A stretch of DNA of 64,000 bases from an uncultured Spartobacteria bacterium (GTDB lineage: Bacteria > Verrucomicrobiota > Verrucomicrobiia > Chthoniobacterales > UBA6821), in the NCBI GenBank assembly GCA_903847935.1, contig CAINEX010000133.1, positions 8 to 64,007 on the forward strand. The letters are read 5' to 3'. The notes under the pieces were generated by a model. It worked only from the letters and a program-made list of their open reading frames with translations, was not told the origin of the DNA and made no database searches. This document shows, one piece after another, positions 61,335 through 64,000 of the stretch (within the stretch, counting starts at the first letter, position 1; every line of letters starts with the position of its first letter). Position numbers and translations under genes: made by a program.

Positions 61335-61646
61335 GAGCGTATCAGTAAAACTTCAAAGCTCTCGATCCTGAAAGAAACGGTGGCATTGAAGCTTTCACGG
61401 AATAAGGAATGTCACGCGGAGAGGCGTGAGAGTGGGCGACAAGATTTTTGAACTAAAGACTGAAAGAGGTCTGTTAGGTTCCTGGGCGACTGCACAGGAA
61501 CCTCTTATCCGCAAGAAGTCCCAAAAAGCAGGGAAGGTGAATACTGATGGAGGCCTGCATGACTCCCACCATCTTCTATTGCAGAAAACTTCTCTGAATC
61601 TAACAGACTCGATCCTAAAACTCTTAATGACTCACTGAGCCTTTGC

Positions 61647-62924
61647 TCAGCGGTCGCACTCGCCGAAGACCATGTCGATGGATCCTAGGATCGTCACGAC
61701 ATCTCCCACCATGTGACCGGGTAGCAGTTTAGAGACGATGCTCAGGTTAACAAAGGAAGGGGCCCGGATATGAAGTCGGTACGGAACTCCTCCACCCTTG
61801 CTGTTGATGTAAAATCCAAGTTCACCTTTTGGGTTTTCAGCGCTGAAATAGACCTCCCCGGCAGGAGCATCAATGCCCTCGGTTGTAATGATGAAGTGGT
61901 GGATGAGTTGTTCCATCTTCTGCAGGACCTCCTCTTTTGGGGGGAGGGTGCTCTTTCCATCCACGACATTGACCGGCCCTTCCGGTATTGTATCGATGGC
62001 TTGGCGGAGGATTCGGAGGCTCTGGCGCATCTCCTCGATGCGAACAAGATAGCGATCGAAACAGTCGCCCACGGAGCCGACGGGAATATCGAAATCATAC
62101 TTCTCGTAATCGAGATAGGGAGTGGCCTTTCGCACATCGTAATCGACTCCAGAGCCGCGTAGCATCGGACCCGTCAGTCCATAGGCGATGGCGTCTTCCT
62201 TGGAAATGATGCCGACATTGCGCGTGCGATCGATGAAGATTGGGTTGCGGGTGAGAAGTTTGGTGATTTCATTGAGGGCGATCGGGAATGAATCAAGGAA
62301 CGCCCGGAGTTGGTCAGGGAACTTCTCCGGAAGATCACGGACTTGCCCGCCGACGCGAGTATAACTTGTCGTAAAGCGTGCCCCGGTGAGAAGTTCGCAG
62401 AGATTATAGATTTTCTCGCGTTCCGTGAAGGTGTAGAGAAAAACCGAAATTGCCCCGATATCCATGGAACTGGCGCCAATCCCAAGAAGGTGGGCCGAAA
62501 TTCTGGCGAGTTCGCAGCAGATGACACGGATGGCCTTGCCGCGGGGAGGAAGTTCCCAGCCCATCAGTTTCTCGACCGCAAGGGCGTAGGCGACATTATT
62601 GGCTAGGGGAGCCAAGTAATCGAGGCGATCCGTATAAGGAACGAACTGGTTGTACTGCATGTTCTCCGCGATCTTTTCGTCGCCGCGGTGCAGGTAACCG
62701 ACTTCAGGCTTGGCCTTAACGATCATCTCACCGTCCAGATCCAGAACAATACGGAAGACCCCGTGCGTTGAAGGATGCGACGGGCCAAAATTCAGGGACA
62801 TCGTTTCGCCGAGCAGTTCGCTGGCGGGGAGATGTGCTGCGTTGGCGGGATCTTTCAGGGCCTCTTGGGTACGACCCAATGCATCTGATGTTTCGTAAAT
62901 GGTGCTCATGCTCACGGAATACAA
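61647..62924 (-). CDS. nuoD: NADH-quinone oxidoreductase subunit D (49-kDa subunit), stand-alone
   Basis: 425 aa. Motifs: MSLNFGPSHPSTHGVFRIVLDLDGE, GYLHRGDEKIAE, VPYTDRLDYL, ELARISAHLL, and the C-terminus LGSIDMVFGECDR. Confidence 0.9.
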   Translation of the reverse strand: MYSVSMSTIYETSDALGRTQEALKDPANAAHLPASELLGETMSLNFGPSHPSTHGVFRIVLDLDGEMIVKAKPEVGYLHRGDEKIAENMQYNQFVPYTDRLDYLAPLANNVAYALAVEKLMGWELPPRGKAIRVICCELARISAHLLGIGASSMDIGAISVFLYTFTEREKIYNLCELLTGARFTTSYTRVGGQVRDLPEKFPDQLRAFLDSFPIALNEITKLLTRNPIFIDRTRNVGIISKEDAIAYGLTGPMLRGSGVDYDVRKATPYLDYEKYDFDIPVGSVGDCFDRYLVRIEEMRQSLRILRQAIDTIPEGPVNVVDGKSTLPPKEEVLQKMEQLIHHFIITTEGIDAPAGEVYFSAENPKGELGFYINSKGGGVPYRLHIRAPSFVNLSIVSKLLPGHMVGDVVTILGSIDMVFGECDR

Positions 62925-63125
62925 TTAAAGACCATGAATCGACCCCCTACGTCCAGCGCCTTTATCCCATAGCTCTCATTTCTAGCCTTTCAAAAATTCC
63001 TTACCCCGTCATTTCCTGCTCACTTGTGTGGTCAGGAACAAGCACGTGTTCGAAAATTACCAAAAACAGCGCCGCATTCGGGCTCCCGCCTGTTCTGCAG
63101 ATAGACGGAAAATGATGTCAGGAAG

Positions 63126-63198
63126 TGGGGGCACCTGGATTCGAACCAGGAACCAACCAGTTATGAGCCGGCTGCTCTAACCGTTGAGCTATACCCCC
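63126..63198 (-). tRNA. tRNA with CAU anticodon (elongator tRNA-Met, or tRNA-Ile2 if C34 is lysidinylated)
   Basis: The reverse strand folds by hand as GGGGGTA TA GCTC AACGGTTA GAGC A GCCGG CTCATAA CTGGT TGGTT CCTGG TTCGAAT CCAGG TGCCCCC A (73 nt). It has a 7-bp acceptor with a G1:C72 pair, so it is not an initiator. CCA is not encoded. Confidence 0.85.
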
Positions 63199-63294
63199 GA
63201 GAAGAGGGGAGAACCCTATCCTTATCTCTCCCCAAGGTCATGCCCAAAAATACGATGTGCCCTAAAAGACGAGTCCCAATCCTTCTAAGGCCCT

Positions 63295-64000
63295 TTACTT
63301 CGAAGGTTGGCCTAGAGGGGAAATTTTTTGATCTGGGATTTTTCCGGCAGGCTCCAAGTCGGGCCGCTCGATGCAACTGAGATCGAAGTTACGGATTTTT
63401 CCTTCACGCAAGACCGAGGTGGAAACAACATCACCTGCGGTGAGGTAGAAAGTAATGCCCGGAACTTGCTCGGGATTTGAGATCTGATGCCCGGCCAGTG
63501 AAAGAATCATGTCCCCGCATTGAAGACCTGCTGATTCTGCGGGGCTTCCCGCCTCAACGGAGAGGATCCGTGCCGTCGAGTTGCCTTGAGGGACAGCAGC
63601 CTGCTCCACGACGATACCTAACCAACCGGATTCCAGGCGGCCGTACCGAAGGAGGTCATTAATGAGTTTTTCAAGAGCCGAGGCAGGAAAAATCCTGCAA
63701 CTCGGCGGTTGAGTGCTTCCTGCCACGACCATCCCGATCAACTTCCCGTTGAGATCGAGAATGGGGCTCCCTCCTTCTCCCTCTCCCAGGGGAACATTCG
63801 CGGTCAAATGAGGCAGGCAGAAATAGTGATCACCGTCATGGATCTCCGTTCCGGTGATCATGCCAAGGGAAGTGGTGGCATGCTCGTCACGGATGAATCC
63901 GATTCCCAACACGGGAGTCATCGGTGTGGGAATTCCCGTCGAGCGGGCGGTGATAAAGGAACTGTTCATCTCATCGCCCTCTGTTTTGAGGAAGGCGACA
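63295..64000 (-). CDS. HtrA/DegP-like trypsin-fold protein with C-terminal PDZ domain (5' end beyond the right window edge)
   Basis: The track ORF is 63295-63969, but the frame stays open to 64000 (..VAFLKTEGDE before the Met). The protease C-lobe ...LGMITGTE...GEGGSPILDLNGKLIGMVVAG aligns to DegP GNSGGALVNLNGELIGIN. PDZ: GWLGIVVEQ...ARILSVEAGSPAESAGLQCGDMILSLAGHQI. Confidence 0.7.
   Translation of the reverse strand, partial: VAFLKTEGDEMNSSFITARSTGIPTPMTPVLGIGFIRDEHATTSLGMITGTEIHDGDHYFCLPHLTANVPLGEGEGGSPILDLNGKLIGMVVAGSTQPPSCRIFPASALEKLINDLLRYGRLESGWLGIVVEQAAVPQGNSTARILSVEAGSPAESAGLQCGDMILSLAGHQISNPEQVPGITFYLTAGDVVSTSVLREGKIRNFDLSCIERPDLEPAGKIPDQKISPLGQPSK

Noticed and set aside
61426-61638. 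70-aa ORF in the hppA-nuoD spacer
   Set aside because: It has no family resemblance and overlaps the hairpins and inverted repeats that better explain the region.
63126-63198. tRNA(CAU) as initiator tRNA-fMet
   Set aside because: Position 1:72 is a normal G:C pair, and the anticodon stem lacks the three consecutive G:C pairs typical of initiators. Called elongator Met or Ile2 instead.

Overview
This is a 64-kb chromosomal segment of a Gram-negative bacterium. LPS-core genes (kdsB, gmhB, an rfaE-domain-I kinase), lgt and several lipobox proteins support that assignment. By eye it is about 55% G+C and tightly packed, with about 60 genes and the largest gap about 0.5 kb. Content is overwhelmingly housekeeping: dnaB (partial)-rplI, tmRNA, fabF, fabI, a XerD-like recombinase, purC, arfB, alaS, sucAB, a second E1alpha/E1beta/E2 2-oxoacid dehydrogenase cluster, yggS, lgt, phoH plus a 7TM-HD protein, valS, purS-purQ-purL, leuA, adjacent soluble and membrane pyrophosphatases, a lone nuoD, one tRNA(CAU) and a partial HtrA-like gene. 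The GldG/DUF4340 ABC operon, the Sel1/TPR proteins and the many signal-peptide hypotheticals are reminiscent of the PVC/Verrucomicrobia group, but I cannot establish taxonomy without a search. I found no CRISPR array, transposase, prophage, rRNA or large non-coding element. All family calls rest on motifs I recognise by eye in the supplied translations or my own reverse-strand translations; no BLAST or HMM was run. The non-ordinary parts are these. (1) A low-GC islet at 13.1-14.3 kb holds an orphan 138-aa gene and an ORF-less 0.5-kb spacer, divergent from a wHTH-WYL regulator; this is my best candidate for an uncharacterised accessory module. (2) A ~95-bp REP/MITE-like palindromic element occurs twice, with compensatory changes in its central hairpin. 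(3) A second low-GC islet at 27.0-28.5 kb has both of its genes (cytochrome b562-like, dienelactone hydrolase) broken by single-base homopolymer frameshifts. (4) nuoD sits outside any nuo operon. (5) A LemA-TPM-K+ channel operon lies next to ppa and a K+-dependent-type membrane PPase whose coupling Glu is in TM5 rather than TM6. (6) An HtrA-like protein lacks the canonical catalytic Ser. Several further uncharacterised operons are listed under findings.
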